Under the pieces are notes generated by a model. It was not told the DNA's origin. It made no database searches and saw only the letters and a list, made by a program, of their open reading frames with translations. From Vicugna vicugna (Eukaryota), in contig MU057701.1 of the NCBI GenBank assembly GCA_013265495.1, positions 1,302,001 to 1,366,000 of the forward strand: a stretch of 64,000 bases of DNA. Direction: 5' to 3'. Shown here piece after piece: positions 26,172-38,749 of the stretch; position 1 is the stretch's first letter; each line of letters begins with the position of its first letter. Position numbers and translations under genes: made by a program.

Positions 26172-26880
26172 GTACCTGTTTCCAATTTGTTCCCTCTCAG
26201 CTCCAAATCAATTCTTCATCACCTTCCCTGAGATGATTTAGCAGGACCCTGTAAGCATTTCTCCTTTGCAGCTGGCACAGTGTTAAGCTTTGTCTGTGGA
26301 GGGCACTGGAGGGACTCTGGTAGTAAAGGGGCTTCTTGCCCTTGTTCTGATGTATGTCCACTGGCTTCTCATTCTTATCACAGGGTGGCCAGTAGAGTGT
26401 GGAGGACAGTCACTCATTCACAAATTTTAGCAGCAACCCATTGACAGCTTCTCATCAAGTTTCAGGAGCTCCCTCATGGGCGAATTCTCAGTGAATCTCA
26501 CAGGTCCCCACAAAGGTTGTCTACCCTCAACTCACCTATACCCCAGTGGGAAGATTCCTATTTGCCAATCCCAACCCCATGGTTCTGTGCCCACCACACT
26601 GACCCACCTGCACCCCAGAAGGGTGTTTCGTTTCTGCCCAGCAACTGTGGACCTGCTCTGGCCCAGGTGACCCTGTGAACTTCACTGTGGAACAGGCTGC
26701 AGACATACCTCATTCAATGATGTTTGAATTCCAGTTTTAGATCTTCCCCTCAGCCCTAGGATATTCTTTGGAGTTCTCTTTACTTGTTAATAGTTAATCC
26801 CCTGTTATAATTAATTATTATTTGTACTAAACTTCCCCTGTTTCAGTTACTATGTGGTTTCTCTCCCCTTGATTGTTCAG
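26172..26880 (+). mobile_element. Old ERVL-type LTR (LTR33/40/41-like) nested in L1M
   Basis: Recalled motifs cagctggcac...gttaagctttgtc..gagggcactggaggga and 3' end aaacttcccctgttt...actatgtggtttct. Subfamily not resolved. Confidence 0.5.
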
Positions 26881-26931
26881 ACATCATGAATTTTATACTT
26901 TGTTGGATGCTGGATATTTTTATGTGACTAT

Positions 26932-27423
26932 TGCAGAAAAGTGTGTTACAGCTCGGTGTTACAGCTCAGTTGTGACAGCAACCTGGATCTGGGAAAGAGA
27001 CCCGGAGAGTTGGAGAACTCAGGTTTATTACACCAGCAGGCCCAGAGGAGTTAACACTCCAAGCTCTGGAACCCATCTGTAGGTTTACACAGTTTACACT
27101 TTGCAACATCATATGCAAATAAGGTAGAACAAAAGTTGACTAATTAGGAACAAGCTTTGTAGAAATGGACCAATCAGGAGGGAGAGAAATAACCAATCAG
27201 GAGTGAGCTCCATGCAAATGAAGTACTACAAATGGACCAATCAGGAGTTAGCTCAGGGAACCAATAGGATTTTAGGGGTAAGTTCCACTTTCCTAGAAGT
27301 AAGCCATTTCAGAGGCAAAAAGTGAGATAGAACCCTGGGCCGGGGATCCAGATGGTGCTGTCAGGAGAGTAGTGGCCCTGCCTGGGGGTCCTGCTGGTCT
27401 TTTTTATGGGGCTTCCCACCTCA
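26932..27423 (-). mobile_element. Solo endogenous retrovirus LTR (probably ERV2/betaretrovirus-like), about 490 bp
   Basis: TG...CA termini. Flanking direct repeat tgactat at 26925-26931 and 27424-27430. Minus-strand AATAAA at about 27024-27029. Repeated ccaatcaggag enhancer units. Confidence 0.85.
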
Positions 27424-28112
27424 TGACTATAGATATTTTTGAGCTTTGTTCTGGGATGCAGTTAAGTTGCTTGGAAACAGTTGGATCCTTTCAAGGCTGG
27501 CTATGAAGCTTTGTTAGGCAGGACCAGAGCAGTGTTTAATCTTCCCTACTGTTGAGGGGGAAAAAAATAGTTCCAAGGATCTCCACTCTGGCTGATAGAA
27601 CCATGGACTCTTCCTGTTCCTGTCTGAGCTCCAAGGACTGTTCTTTCTGTTCCTTTTGAGTGGTTCTTTCCCTGACTTGTGGTAATTTCCTCACATGTCT
27701 GTGCTGATCAGTACTCAGCTGATGACTTGCGGGAGACCCTGATTTCCAGAAGTCTCTTTTTCTGAAACTCTCTCTTTTTCTAGGCCCCTGTCCTGAAAAA
27801 TATCTCCATCTCCTCAATTCAGGGAGCCTCAATTCAAGCTCCCTCTGGATTCCCCCTGCCCGCACCATGATCTGCAAACTCTCTAGACGGTTACTTGGGG
27901 CAGCTGTAGGACTCACTTCCCTCAGGTCTCATTTCTCAAGGACCGCTGACCTCTGCTGCCTGCTGTGCAGTGTCTAGACAACCATTGTTTCATATATTTT
28001 GTCCAGTTTTGTATTGTTTCAGGCTGGTCCCTGTTATTCTATCTTGGTCAGACATGGAAGTCAAATCCCTTAATTTTATTCATTTATGTATTTATTTATT
28101 GCCTAATGTCTA

Positions 28113-28202
28113 TTTTTTTTTTAAATGGAGGTACTGGGGATAGAACCCAGGACCTCGTGGATGCTAAGCATGCTCTCTACCACTGAGCTATATACCCCAC
28201 CC
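28113..28202 (-). mobile_element. Vic-1-like SINE
   Basis: Same consensus on the - strand, with a T-rich tail. Confidence 0.9.
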
Positions 28203-28909
28203 ACCTCATATCTCCCAGTTTTAAAATATGAATTTATTCAATGCATGCAGCAGCCACCTCGGTGCATCGATGGACAGAACAAAAACCTCTGCCCTCCTAG
28301 AGCTTACATTCTATGGTAGCTGATTAAGGAAACGTCTAACGCCCACAGAACACATTCTTGCCGTGGACCACCAGGCTGTGAATCCTCTCTAGCCAACCCT
28401 GCTCCAAAGTTGTGTCGAACTGCAGCTCTGTCCTCTGTCCTTCCACTGACAGTGCTCCCAACTCCAGAGGTGGCCCCTCTTTTTCTTTCCAAGATAATTC
28501 GTAGAATTCTTCAAACTGCTTTATCTGTGCACGCCTGTGGAAAGTGGTCCAATGATGCCTCCAAAGCCGGGAAAGTGTAGTTTATGTTTTTAATTATATC
28601 TTTCTAGCATTGCAGGAGGAATTTTCTTCCTTCCTCTCTCCACAGCATCACACTTACTCTTTAGTAGGTAGATTGCTATCAAACCTGGCCTGTTGCAAGG
28701 TCATGGATAACCAGGCCTAATCAGCCCCTTGCATCTGACAGCTGAAAGTCAGCGTCATATTCATAGGCCCTGTTACATACTTACCCCACCTCTTCCTGGC
28801 CAAATTTATCTTTTATTATTCTGTTTTAAATTGGGGAGATAGCCAATGCCACATTCATCTTTGTTCACCATATCACCCAGTGACACAGCCTGGGTAATGG
28901 CCGTAAATA

Positions 28910-29410
28910 TATATTTACTAACAGCTCGATTGAGATATAATTCACATATGATAAAATTCATCCTTTCAAAAGTGTACAACTCAGTGATTTTTTAGTATAT
29001 TCACAGAGTTGTACAACCATCACCATGATCAATTTTGAAATATTTTTATCACCCCCAAAAGAAACCCGCAAACCTATTGGCAGTCACTGCCTATTTCCCC
29101 TAACTCCCCTGGCCCTAGTAAAATACTAATTACTTTCTGTCTCTATGGATTTGTCTACTCTGGACCATTCATATAAATGGGGTCAGACAATATGTGATCC
29201 TTTGTGCCTGCCTTCCTTCACTTAGCATCATGTTTTCAAGGACCACCATTCTGGAGCATGTATCAGTACTTCATTCCTTTTTACGGCCAAATAATATTCC
29301 ACTGTGTTGCTATACTACATTTGGTTTATCCATTCATCAGCTGATGGACATTTGGGTTGTTTCCCCTTTTTGACTATTATGAATAATGTCACTATGAGCG
29401 TTCATAGTCA
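28910..29410 (-). mobile_element. L1MB-like 3' end
   Basis: ttgagatataattcacata...ttttagtatattcacagagttgtacaaccatcacc...tccattcatcagctgatggacatttgggttgtttcc. Confidence 0.8.
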
Positions 29411-31371
29411 TGTTTTTGGGTGGTGGACATAAATATTTACTGTCAATTTCTACCAGCACTTTGATTGAGAGTGTGCTTGAGACAAAGTCAGTGCAGGCAG
29501 CTGCAAAACCCGCCCATTTTCTGACGTCACACTGGTGGATCCTTCAAGGAGAAGGAAGACAGGGGAGCTGGCTGCTTAGGAAATTCAGCCTAGTGAACGA
29601 GAGTTGAGGACTTTGTGCCGGGTGCTGAGATGGGTACTGGGGTTGTAGCCCCCTGCCCCCTGCCCCCTCAGCACACCTTGATTAGCATCTACTCTCTGCC
29701 AGACCCTGAGGTGCCCTCAAATGTGTTCGCCTTGTTGGAGAAGCAGAGCGTGAATTCAGGACAGTAAGCGCCCTGGTGACTAATAGTTCCTGTCCTGGGA
29801 CAACCGGAGCCCAGGAGAGGGGCACCCAACCCAGTTCTGGGGAACCAGGGAAAGCTTCTGAGAGGGGTGAGTTTTGTTCTTCCCACATTATACTACCCGA
29901 ATTTCCAAACATGCAGAACGCCTTCCATGCTCGTCACCTGGGTTTAACGACTGTTGACATCTTGCCAGGTTTTTTCCTAATTTTTTTCTGAACGCTTTTT
30001 AAAGTAAATGTCACACCTGGCGGCAGCTCACCTCTACACACCTGAGCACACGTTGTAAAAGTAAGGATACTTTCCTGTACACAGTGCCCTTATCATGCTG
30101 TGAGTCATCATTTTCTTTAATATCATTTATACCCAATTCATATTCGAATTTCTCTAATTATTCCAGAAACATTTACGGTTGCTTTGTTTAAAAGGGGATG
30201 GAATCAGGTTGGGGGTCCCCTTGATCTGTGATGTGAAGGGAGGGTACAGAGGCTCTGTGGGCCCTGGCAGCTCCCAGGCCAAGGCCTAGGGGACAAGCTC
30301 GGGGTGTAGGGCCGTGAAGGCTGGTTCTTGGGGTGATCCCCAAAAGCTGACTTCATGATGTGCCCTCAGGGCAGGAAGACCTTGAAATCTTCCTTTCGCC
30401 AGGCAGTAAGTCAGTCCATAGATCTGAGTCTTTGGAAATTTACCCCTGGTGATTGATTCTTTCACACCACTTCCTCCCAAGACAGGAGACCATCCTTTGT
30501 CATGCGCACTGAGACGGTGGTGGATTCCAATTGAGTGACAGCCAGGGACAGTGCTCACACTTCCCCAGGGCCCCGTAGTCCAACTCCAGGGTGGGCGGCG
30601 GTGGCACCCCTGGATGTCTCTACCTGGTTCTGATCTTTGGATCATCAGAGAAGGAAAGAGCTGTCATCTCTGTTCTGAGCCCTGTCCTCTGACAATAGCT
30701 CCCGATGTGGGCTGGGAAGTGACCTTTTGAGAGTCAGACTGTACTCCTCTGGGTGTGAGATGTCGCTTCCTTCTCTGGGATGGGGCTTCAAATAGAAGCC
30801 ACTCTTCAGCCTGAGCCTTGCTGGCCTTGAGTCCACATGACAGAACTTATGACCCCTCTTAGACATGCCAGCAGAGAATTTAAACTTAGCCAGAAGAGAT
30901 GAGGGGCTGGAAGCAGGGGAGCAGCTGGCCATCTATGACCACCCCTCAGCAGAGCACTGTGAAGCCCAGGCATCAGGGTGCGGGGTGGGCAAGGGTCTTC
31001 CTTACTCATCAGGAGAGCATCTTTTCAGTCAGTGATTTAGTTCAGGCCTTACCTTTCCAGAAACTTCTTTATCAGCTGACTTCATCTGGCTCAAGAGTTG
31101 GATAAATAGTTCAGGAAGCCACATTTATTCCTCTTCTATTTATTCATTCATCCAACTCATATTGGTTAGCACATTCTGTTTGCCAGGCACTGTTCTAGGG
31201 GCTGGGCATATGGTGGTGAAAGAAACAAAGTTCCCACCCCTGAAGGGCGGATGTCCAGTAAAATCATTTGTAGTTTAGTTGGTTTCAGCCATGAAACAGA
31301 ACAGCCAGAGCACTGAGCACCGGTGTCAGCTGACCCATCATGGAGACACAAAACAATGGGGTGTATGTGTT

Positions 31372-31468
31372 GGGGGTGGAGTTAGTATAGCTCAGTGGTA
31401 GAGTGCATGCTTAGCATGCATGGGGTGCTGGGTTCAATCCCCAGTACCTCTGTTAAAAAAAAAAAAAA
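31372..31468 (+). mobile_element. Vic-1-like SINE
   Basis: tatagctcagtggtagagtgcatgcttagcatgc...gggttcaatccccagtacctc followed by A14. Confidence 0.9.
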
Positions 31469-33030
31469 GGTGTGGCCCAGGATCTTAATGACCAGTTTTG
31501 GCCCCTGGACCACCATAAACTCCTCAACTGCCTGCCGCAGTGCCCATTTCAGAAAACCCTGTTCTGTATCATCAAGGACTGGCCCAGGGCTTTGAGATAT
31601 GGCCTCTGTCACCACAATTGGCCTCTCCTGTTCCTAAAACCCATCCACCCCCACTATTCATCCTTCCTCAGGGGGAGCATCACTTCCAGAGATGATGACA
31701 CAGCTCATCCCAGTCCTGGGTGTTCCACCTGGATTCACTCTGAGAGGATACCTAGGGGGATGGCTTGAGCTTGGTATTTTAATTACACCCCATAGGTTCT
31801 TTTTCAAGATTTAAGGGTCATATCCTTTTTAAAGTATTCCTATTTAAAGATACCCATCTGTATGTAACAGCAATGATAATCATAACAGTTAAAGCAATCA
31901 CTACTAATAATAGCCCTTATGTGTTAGACACTGTTTTAAGAGCCCTGGGCTTTGCATATATAAAATAATTATAATTAAATGTAAATGTAAGTATAATTAA
32001 ATCATCGTAATAAATAACTTAATCTTCACTGTACAACAACACTGTGAGTTCCTAACCTTAGCATCTTCATCTTACAGATGAAGGAACTAAAGCTTAGCGA
32101 GGTTAAGGGGCAGATCCAGGAGTTAAATCCACCTCCAGAGCCCTCCTCTTAACCACGGTGACATCTGTGTCACTTTTGGATGTGCTTGAAGCAATGCCAC
32201 ACTCAGAAGGATGTTTTTCAGACTCCACAGGAAGAAGACAGAGACTGACAATTCTGGAAGGGACAGCATCCAGAGATTCTCAGGTCCCAGACCTGCTGAG
32301 CTTTTTGTCAATTACAGAGTCCCAGTCTCCCCATCCCCCACAGACCACCTGCATCAGAATTTCCAGGTGGAAGCAACAAAACTCCTTATGTCATAGTCCC
32401 CCAGATGGTTCTGATGTTCCTGATCCAGGCACCAGCCTCTGGGAACCTCAGGTCTGCTCCCCTAGCTTTACAGGAAAAGAAGCTGTGGTTTGGTGGAGCT
32501 GATTGACTTTAACAAGGAGCCACATCTGGTTTAGCTCCTTACAAAATAGGGTTGCCTGGGGGAGGATCCGATGTGGGTGGAGCTATAGGAAACCCAGGTG
32601 CAGGTGCCTGGTGGACTCCTTCGTCTCTCAGGTGATTTTCTGGTAGGCAAGGGCTGGCCGGGTTTTCTCTGCACTGGCTGTAAACCCTGGGGCAGGTGGG
32701 CTCCTTTCTGAAAGTTTGACACAGCGGAGACAAGTTTCCAGAAAGGTTCAAATGGAACACAGAATAGCTCTGAGGTGAGTGAGCTTGATTCATGGAGTAT
32801 GTTTAATGGGCTTGTTAGTCAAATGAAATCCTTGAGCCATGTTTCTCACCTGAGGACAATTTCACGACGTCCCCAAGCTACCTCTAGTCCCATGGCTGAG
32901 ATGGAGCTTGGGTTGGAAGTCCCATGGCACAAGACCCAGCGTGACATTTATTCTATCTATGGAGCTATATATACCATTGTCAGTTTGATTCTTCATTGGA
33001 TTTTTGTCTAAGAGTAGTTGCTCAGTTTTA

Positions 33031-33045
33031 CCACAAGGTGGCGCT
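33031..33045 (+). promoter_or_regulatory. CTCF core motif
   Basis: CCACAAGGTGGCGCT closely matches the CTCF core consensus. A weaker second match (ggccactagttgggag) starts at about 33058. Confidence 0.65.
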
Positions 33046-33754
33046 AACGGGCTTGGTGGCCACTAGTTGGGAGGGGGGACATTGAGGACTTTAAAAAGAA
33101 AATCTCAAGACTGCCCCCTTCTTAATCATTTTCTGCAGTGAGCTTACATTGCTTTTACAAAAATAGAAATGGTGAGGGAGGGAGGAAGCGAATCACCACT
33201 CTGATAAACTTGTTATTTTGGTATATTAACTTTGGTTGTGGTTTTATGGTAGTATAATTGTTTAATTGTTTTTAAACTTGATATTGTAATAAGTTTTCTG
33301 TATTCCTACAAGTTCTTCATAAGCACATTTATTGCTGCACATTATACAGTGATCATATATTGAGGGCTTGCTTGGAAACAGGAAAACACTTTGCTGAGTG
33401 TTTTATGTGTGTTTTTACTTAGTCCTCACATCATCTTTTAATGTGAGTAAAATGATGCTTCAAGATTTGATACTAAATGGTGGAGCAAGATGTTTTGTGT
33501 CTAACATCACTGCCTTTCTCTCATCACAATGCTAGTTCATTGGATGTTACTATAACTCAATCATTCACCTAGGGTTTCCATTTAATTTATTCCAAATTTC
33601 ATTATTATACATAAAGCTGCAAAAAAACATCTTTATGTCTAAAGCTTTTTCTGGATTCAGGAAATATTTCTAAGAAGTGAACTTATCAAGTCCAAACTTT
33701 TTAAGGCTCTTAATAAATACACAGCACCAAATTTTTTTTTTTTTTTAGTGTCGG

Positions 33755-34070
33755 GAAAACTTAACTCTGGCTGGATATTTTATGATATTAAGGAATTACT
33801 GTTGATTTTTCTAGATATGTTAATGATTTTGTGGTTATGTATTTTTAAAGAGCCTTTCCTAAAGATACAAAGTGGGTGTTTACAAATGAAATAATACTGT
33901 ATAGAATTTACTTGAAAATTATCCAGCTGAGGAAGGAGTGGAGATTGATGATAAAAGATGAGGCATGTGTTGGTGGTTGAGGAAGCTCGGTTTGGGGTAC
34001 ACAGGTGTTGATTATGCTATTCTCTCTACTTTGGTACGTGTTTGAAAATTTCTATGATGAACAATTTAAA
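33755..34070 (+). mobile_element. Ancient L1MC/ME 3'UTR fragment
   Basis: ggatattttatgatattaaggaattactgtt...tattctctctacttt..tgtttgaaaattt. Confidence 0.6.
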
Positions 34071-34481
34071 ACATAGCTGTAAAGAATCTTTTAATCTACA
34101 GGGGAAGCCAGCCTTATATTTCCTGTTCTACCTAATTAGTGAGCAAGGCAGAGGGGAAGAGGGTGGCTTTCTAGAATAATTTTGCTCAAATCTTTCTCCC
34201 CATCAAACAAGAGTTAAGGTCTACTTGAAATCAAAACGTATCAACTGATTTTGTCTTGCTAAGACTTTTTATTTATTTTTAATAGGATAATAGACCTGGA
34301 AAGGGTCGTAGAGGTCTGGTCTTCATTCTTTCAAACTTCTGAGAATCCTCTTCTGAATTATAATTAATGCTCTTATGACAATTTCATGCACATATTCCCC
34401 AGCCATCATTTGGTGCAGGCTTTGTTAAATTTCTGGAAATATTCAGCGTTCCACTTCACTGGGGGAAACTCACCCATCATT

Positions 34482-35468
34482 GTATTTAATTTTAAAATTT
34501 TTATTCTTATTTTTTATTAAAGTGTTGTCAATTTACACTGTTAGTTTCAGGTGTAAGCAAAACAATTCAGAGATATATATATATATATATAAACATACAC
34601 ACACACATACATACATATACATACACATATATATTTTTTCAGTTTCTTTTCCATTACAGCTCATTACAAGAAATTGACTATAGTTCCCTATGCTATACAG
34701 TAGGTCCTTGTTATTTATCTGTTTTATATATAGTAATATTTATATGTTAATCTCAGACTCCTAATCTATGCCTCTCCACCACCTTTCCCTCCTGGTAACC
34801 ACAGTTTATTTTCTATGTCCGTGAGTCTACTTCTAGTTTGTAAATAAAATTTGTATCTTTCTTTTTAGATTCCACATATAAGCAACATCATATGATATCT
34901 GTCTTTGTCTGACTTACTTCACTTAGTATGAATCTCTAGGTCCATCCATGTTGCTGTAAATGGCATTATTTCATTCTTTTTTATGGCTGAGTAGAATTCC
35001 ATTGTGTAAATATACCACAACCTCTTTTTTTTTTGTTTGCTTAGAAATCCTTACTTTAATAGCAAAGAAATATACAGTTCAGTTAGCCTATTAATACACT
35101 AGATTGTTGACCCTATTTAAGTGATGATTTGTCCGTATTAACAAGAGTATTACAATGGAAACACATACATTTTCCAGATGGAGCATGTATACATACCCCT
35201 AAAACCAGGTAAGATCACTGGTTTTTGTTACGATCAAACAGATATATTAGGGCATAAATTATAATAGTTACTACCATTTATTTATTTTTTTAACATTTTT
35301 TATTGATTTATATCATTTTACAATGTTGTGTCAAATTCGTGTTCAGCACAATTTTTCAGTCATACATGGACATATACACACTCATTGTGTATATCCAGTC
35401 ATCTGTCAATGGACATTTGGGTTGCTTCCATGTCTTGGCTATTGTAAATAGTGCTGCTGTGAACATTG
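34482..35468 (-). mobile_element. 5'-truncated L1 3' end (lineage-specific) carrying a nested insertion at 35025-35390
   Basis: L1 3'UTR motifs (ctaggtccatccatgttgctg, ggacatttgggttgcttccatgtcttggctattg). 12-bp TSD tcacccatcatt at 34470-34481 and 35469-35480. Confidence 0.88.
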
Positions 35469-35881
35469 TCACCCATCATTTTAACTCTAAAAAGCAAAAT
35501 GGTTTGTGTCTTACAAACACAGGTATTTTTGGACACCATCCCCTGGGGAAGGTCATGGTATCAAAAGGAAATAGTTATACCTCTTGTAACTTTGTACTCA
35601 CACCCCTTCAGGTTTTACTTGTATCCCATCCACCCTCCCTCCTTGTACTCCCTCTTGTGGGTTGGCACCTTCTATCCACCCTTCTGAATTCTCTCTCCAG
35701 GACACAGAGACCTCACCTGGCAGATTCAGCCAGCAGCCAGGTTTGGGCCCATCCCACAGCACTCACTCCAGGCGACTGGTCCCCAGGGAGGTAAACTCAA
35801 AAGAGGAGGTTGAGGAAAGACTGGGAACAGTATGGTGCCCCTCTCTGTAGGTCTTAGTTTTTTCGTCTTCAAGAGTCCTTA

Positions 35882-36400
35882 TATATGGAATCAAAAAACC
35901 CATAGAAAACAAAAACCAAACCCAGAGATACCGAGAACAAATCTGTGGTTGCCAGAAGTAGAGGTGAGGGTGGGCAAAATGGGTGAAAGGGGTCAAAAGG
36001 TACAAACTTCCAGTTATAAAATACATAATTCCTGGGGGTGTAATGTATTGCATCGTGTCTGTAGTTCATAATAGTAATTGTACATTTGAAAGTTACTAAG
36101 AGAATAGATCTTAAAAGTCCTCATCACAAGAAGAAAAGATTTTGTAACTATGTGTGGCGATGGAAGTTAACTAGACTTATTGTGGTGATCATTTTGCAAT
36201 ATATACAAATGTAGAATCATTACGTTATACACTTGAAACTAATATAATGTGTTATATGTCAATTATATCTCAATTTTAAATAAGGCAAGAAAAAAATGAA
36301 ATAGATGTTTAGTAAATGTCAGATGTCTTCAGCTTTTATCATATGAGTTATTAGAAATATAAATTTATTGAAAACCCTGGATATCTTTAAAAAAAAAAAA
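35882..36400 (+). mobile_element. 5'-truncated L1 3' end plus about 90 bp of extra sequence and a second poly(A)
   Basis: L1 3'UTR (gtggttgccaga, aactagacttattgtggtgatcattt, tatgtcaattatatctcaatt). TSD aa(g/a)agtcctta at 35871-35881 and 36398-36408. Confidence 0.85.
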
Positions 36401-38384
36401 AGTCCTTAAGAAAAAGCAAAATTTAGCGCACACATTCCTCCTTTTTTCCCCCTGACTTGGCCACAGAAATAGGAATTTCTACCTGTCCTTATATATTGCA
36501 AGTGATTTAAGAAATAAAATCTTTTAAGGCAGACAAATATTGCTGCTCTTAAGCAAATACTGCTACTGCAGGATGTTATTAAGCTCAGTGGATGTTAGAT
36601 ATAGTCATTGGAGTCACCACCCTGTCCACACCATACACAGGACTTTTGTACTTTCCCCCAGGCTTCAGAAAATCCATCCTAAGAGTCCAGGTTAGAGAGT
36701 TTGCACCTCTTTTTTTTTTTTTTCTTTTTCCTGGTGCTGCTCTGTTCCCTTGATGGGACCTGTCAGTTTGAAGCATCTGAGGCATAGAACGAAGTGCTGT
36801 CTGTCACACCACCTTGGAGTAAGAACAAGAACTCCAGCTCATCCCAGGGGCTCCTAGCCTAAAAATATCCCAACTCAGCACACAGGAAATTTCTTGTCTG
36901 TTCTTCTGGTAGACAAGGCTGGAGGCAGACGGGACCTTTCCAAATTCTAGCTGGGTAGAGCACGTGTCTGTAAGAGCTGAGGGGAAGGGAAGAACAGAGG
37001 GTCGTTTTTCCTGGGTCCAACACACCCAGGGAGGACCCTCCACTGTCTCTTACTGGACATCACTCCTTCAGCAATGAGTTTTTACTGAGAGCCTTTGATG
37101 GGCTTGCAGTTGCAAAAGGAAGGAGAGACAAGATCCTACCCTGCCCTCCTGGAGCTCACTCACTGTCCAGGGGCAGAGACGCTAATCACTTGAATCACTC
37201 TTTGGATAATTGTCACAAAGGAGATACTCAGGACCAGAGGGATCTAGGCCACTCTGATTTACAGCCCAAGGCCAAGGAGACTGGTTGCCAGGGTGACAGG
37301 ACTCTTTAGGTAAAAGTGAAGAGGTTTGAGAAGAAGGAAGTGAATGTTGATGAACAGTTTGGGATTTGACATGGATCGATCTCCAAAAAGGGAGAAAAGG
37401 CAGGGAGGTTTCAAGTCGTTCCCTGGGCACTCAGCATAAACATTAACCAGAATTACAGCAGATACATGAATGCTATAGCCAAGCTCTTGAAAAGGTCTCT
37501 GAAATACCATCACAGCCCCAGGGGAGCATTGAGTGATTATGATGATGATGATGATGACTGGGGGACGACTTAGAGTCAGGAAGGGCCAACTGCTCTGCTG
37601 AATAATCATGTAAATGGCTTACACCACGACTGCTCGGAGGGCCGTGAGAGGCGAGGTGGGTGTAGGCGGGTGGGAAGGGTGATTGGAAAATGGGAGGGAG
37701 GAATTCCAATGCCACCAGTAAACCGGGTTTTTCTGAACCTCAGGATAACTACTTGACGTCTTCAGCCTTTTTGGTTTTGTTTTTGTTTTGTTTTGATTTG
37801 ATTTTGGAGGTTTTATGGGCGTGATAGAGATCTACCACCCCAAGTGGCTGTAGGCACCGCTAATAAAATCACTAATAAAACCAATGGCAAACAAGGGAAC
37901 CTAGGAAACCAGAACCTGGACACGAGGTCTCAGGAGCAGAGGCTTTGTCTCTCCTCTAAGAGACTTAGCTGGGGCTCTGGACTCTGTGAAAAGAGGCCAA
38001 TCATTTTCTAGTTCAAAGACAACCACAGGGCTTGGCCTAGGGGATGGGTACATGGAAAGAGCTGTCTGCGTGTGTTCCGTGCTTTGCCAGTGCGTCCAGG
38101 GACCCGCCGGGAGTGTTTGCGGTTTCCTCTGGCTGCATGGAGCAGGTGCTGCCTGTAAGGTGGAGGGCTCTGCTGGTCTCTCCTTGGCAAGTTACCCAGC
38201 TCCACGACTGAAATCACTGGGGAAGCATCACGAGGACCAGGTGCCTGGAGCAGGGTATGCGCCCTGGAAAGAAAGAAGAAGGAACTGGTGGTGGGGGGTG
38301 TTGAGGGACAGAGATGCCGCAGACACTGGAGTCTGCCTACAAGAGTAAAGCAAGGTCGGGAGTGGGAAGGGATATGCAGGAGGC

Positions 38385-38593
38385 ATACGTAGAATAGATA
38401 AACAAGATTATACCATATAACGCAGGGAAATATATACAAGATCTTGTGGTAGCTCACAGCAAGAAAAAAATGTGGCAATGAATATATGTATGTTCATGTA
38501 TAATTGAAAAATTGTGCTCTACACTGGAATTTGACACAACAGTGTTAAAATGACTATAACTCAATAAAATGTTTTTAAAAAACGAAACAAAAC
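38385..38593 (+). mobile_element. Short L1 3' end (camelid/artiodactyl-type)
   Basis: gaatagataaacaag...gaaaaattgtgctctacactggaatttgacacaaca...caataaaa; homologous to the reverse complement of 35276-35388. Confidence 0.8.
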
Positions 38594-38749
38594 AGTAGGG
38601 AGACGAAGACACGCAGCGCGTAAGGCATAAAACGGCCTAACCTCTGTGATTTTATGGAAGAGGCAGCGGAAGCCAGACAAGGGTTATCTGTTTAGTCACC
38701 AGACATTTATTTCTCAAGAGCCAATTATGTGCCAGGTGCCGGGCCAGTG

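Larger units (their letters stand above)
25760..28060 (-). mobile_element. Ancient L1M fragment interrupted by two LTRs
   Basis: T-rich L1-like sequence. ttttgattggatgtcaga...gaattttatactttgttggatgctggatatttt...tttgagctttgttctgggatgcagttaagtt reads continuously once the inserts are removed. Confidence 0.6.
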
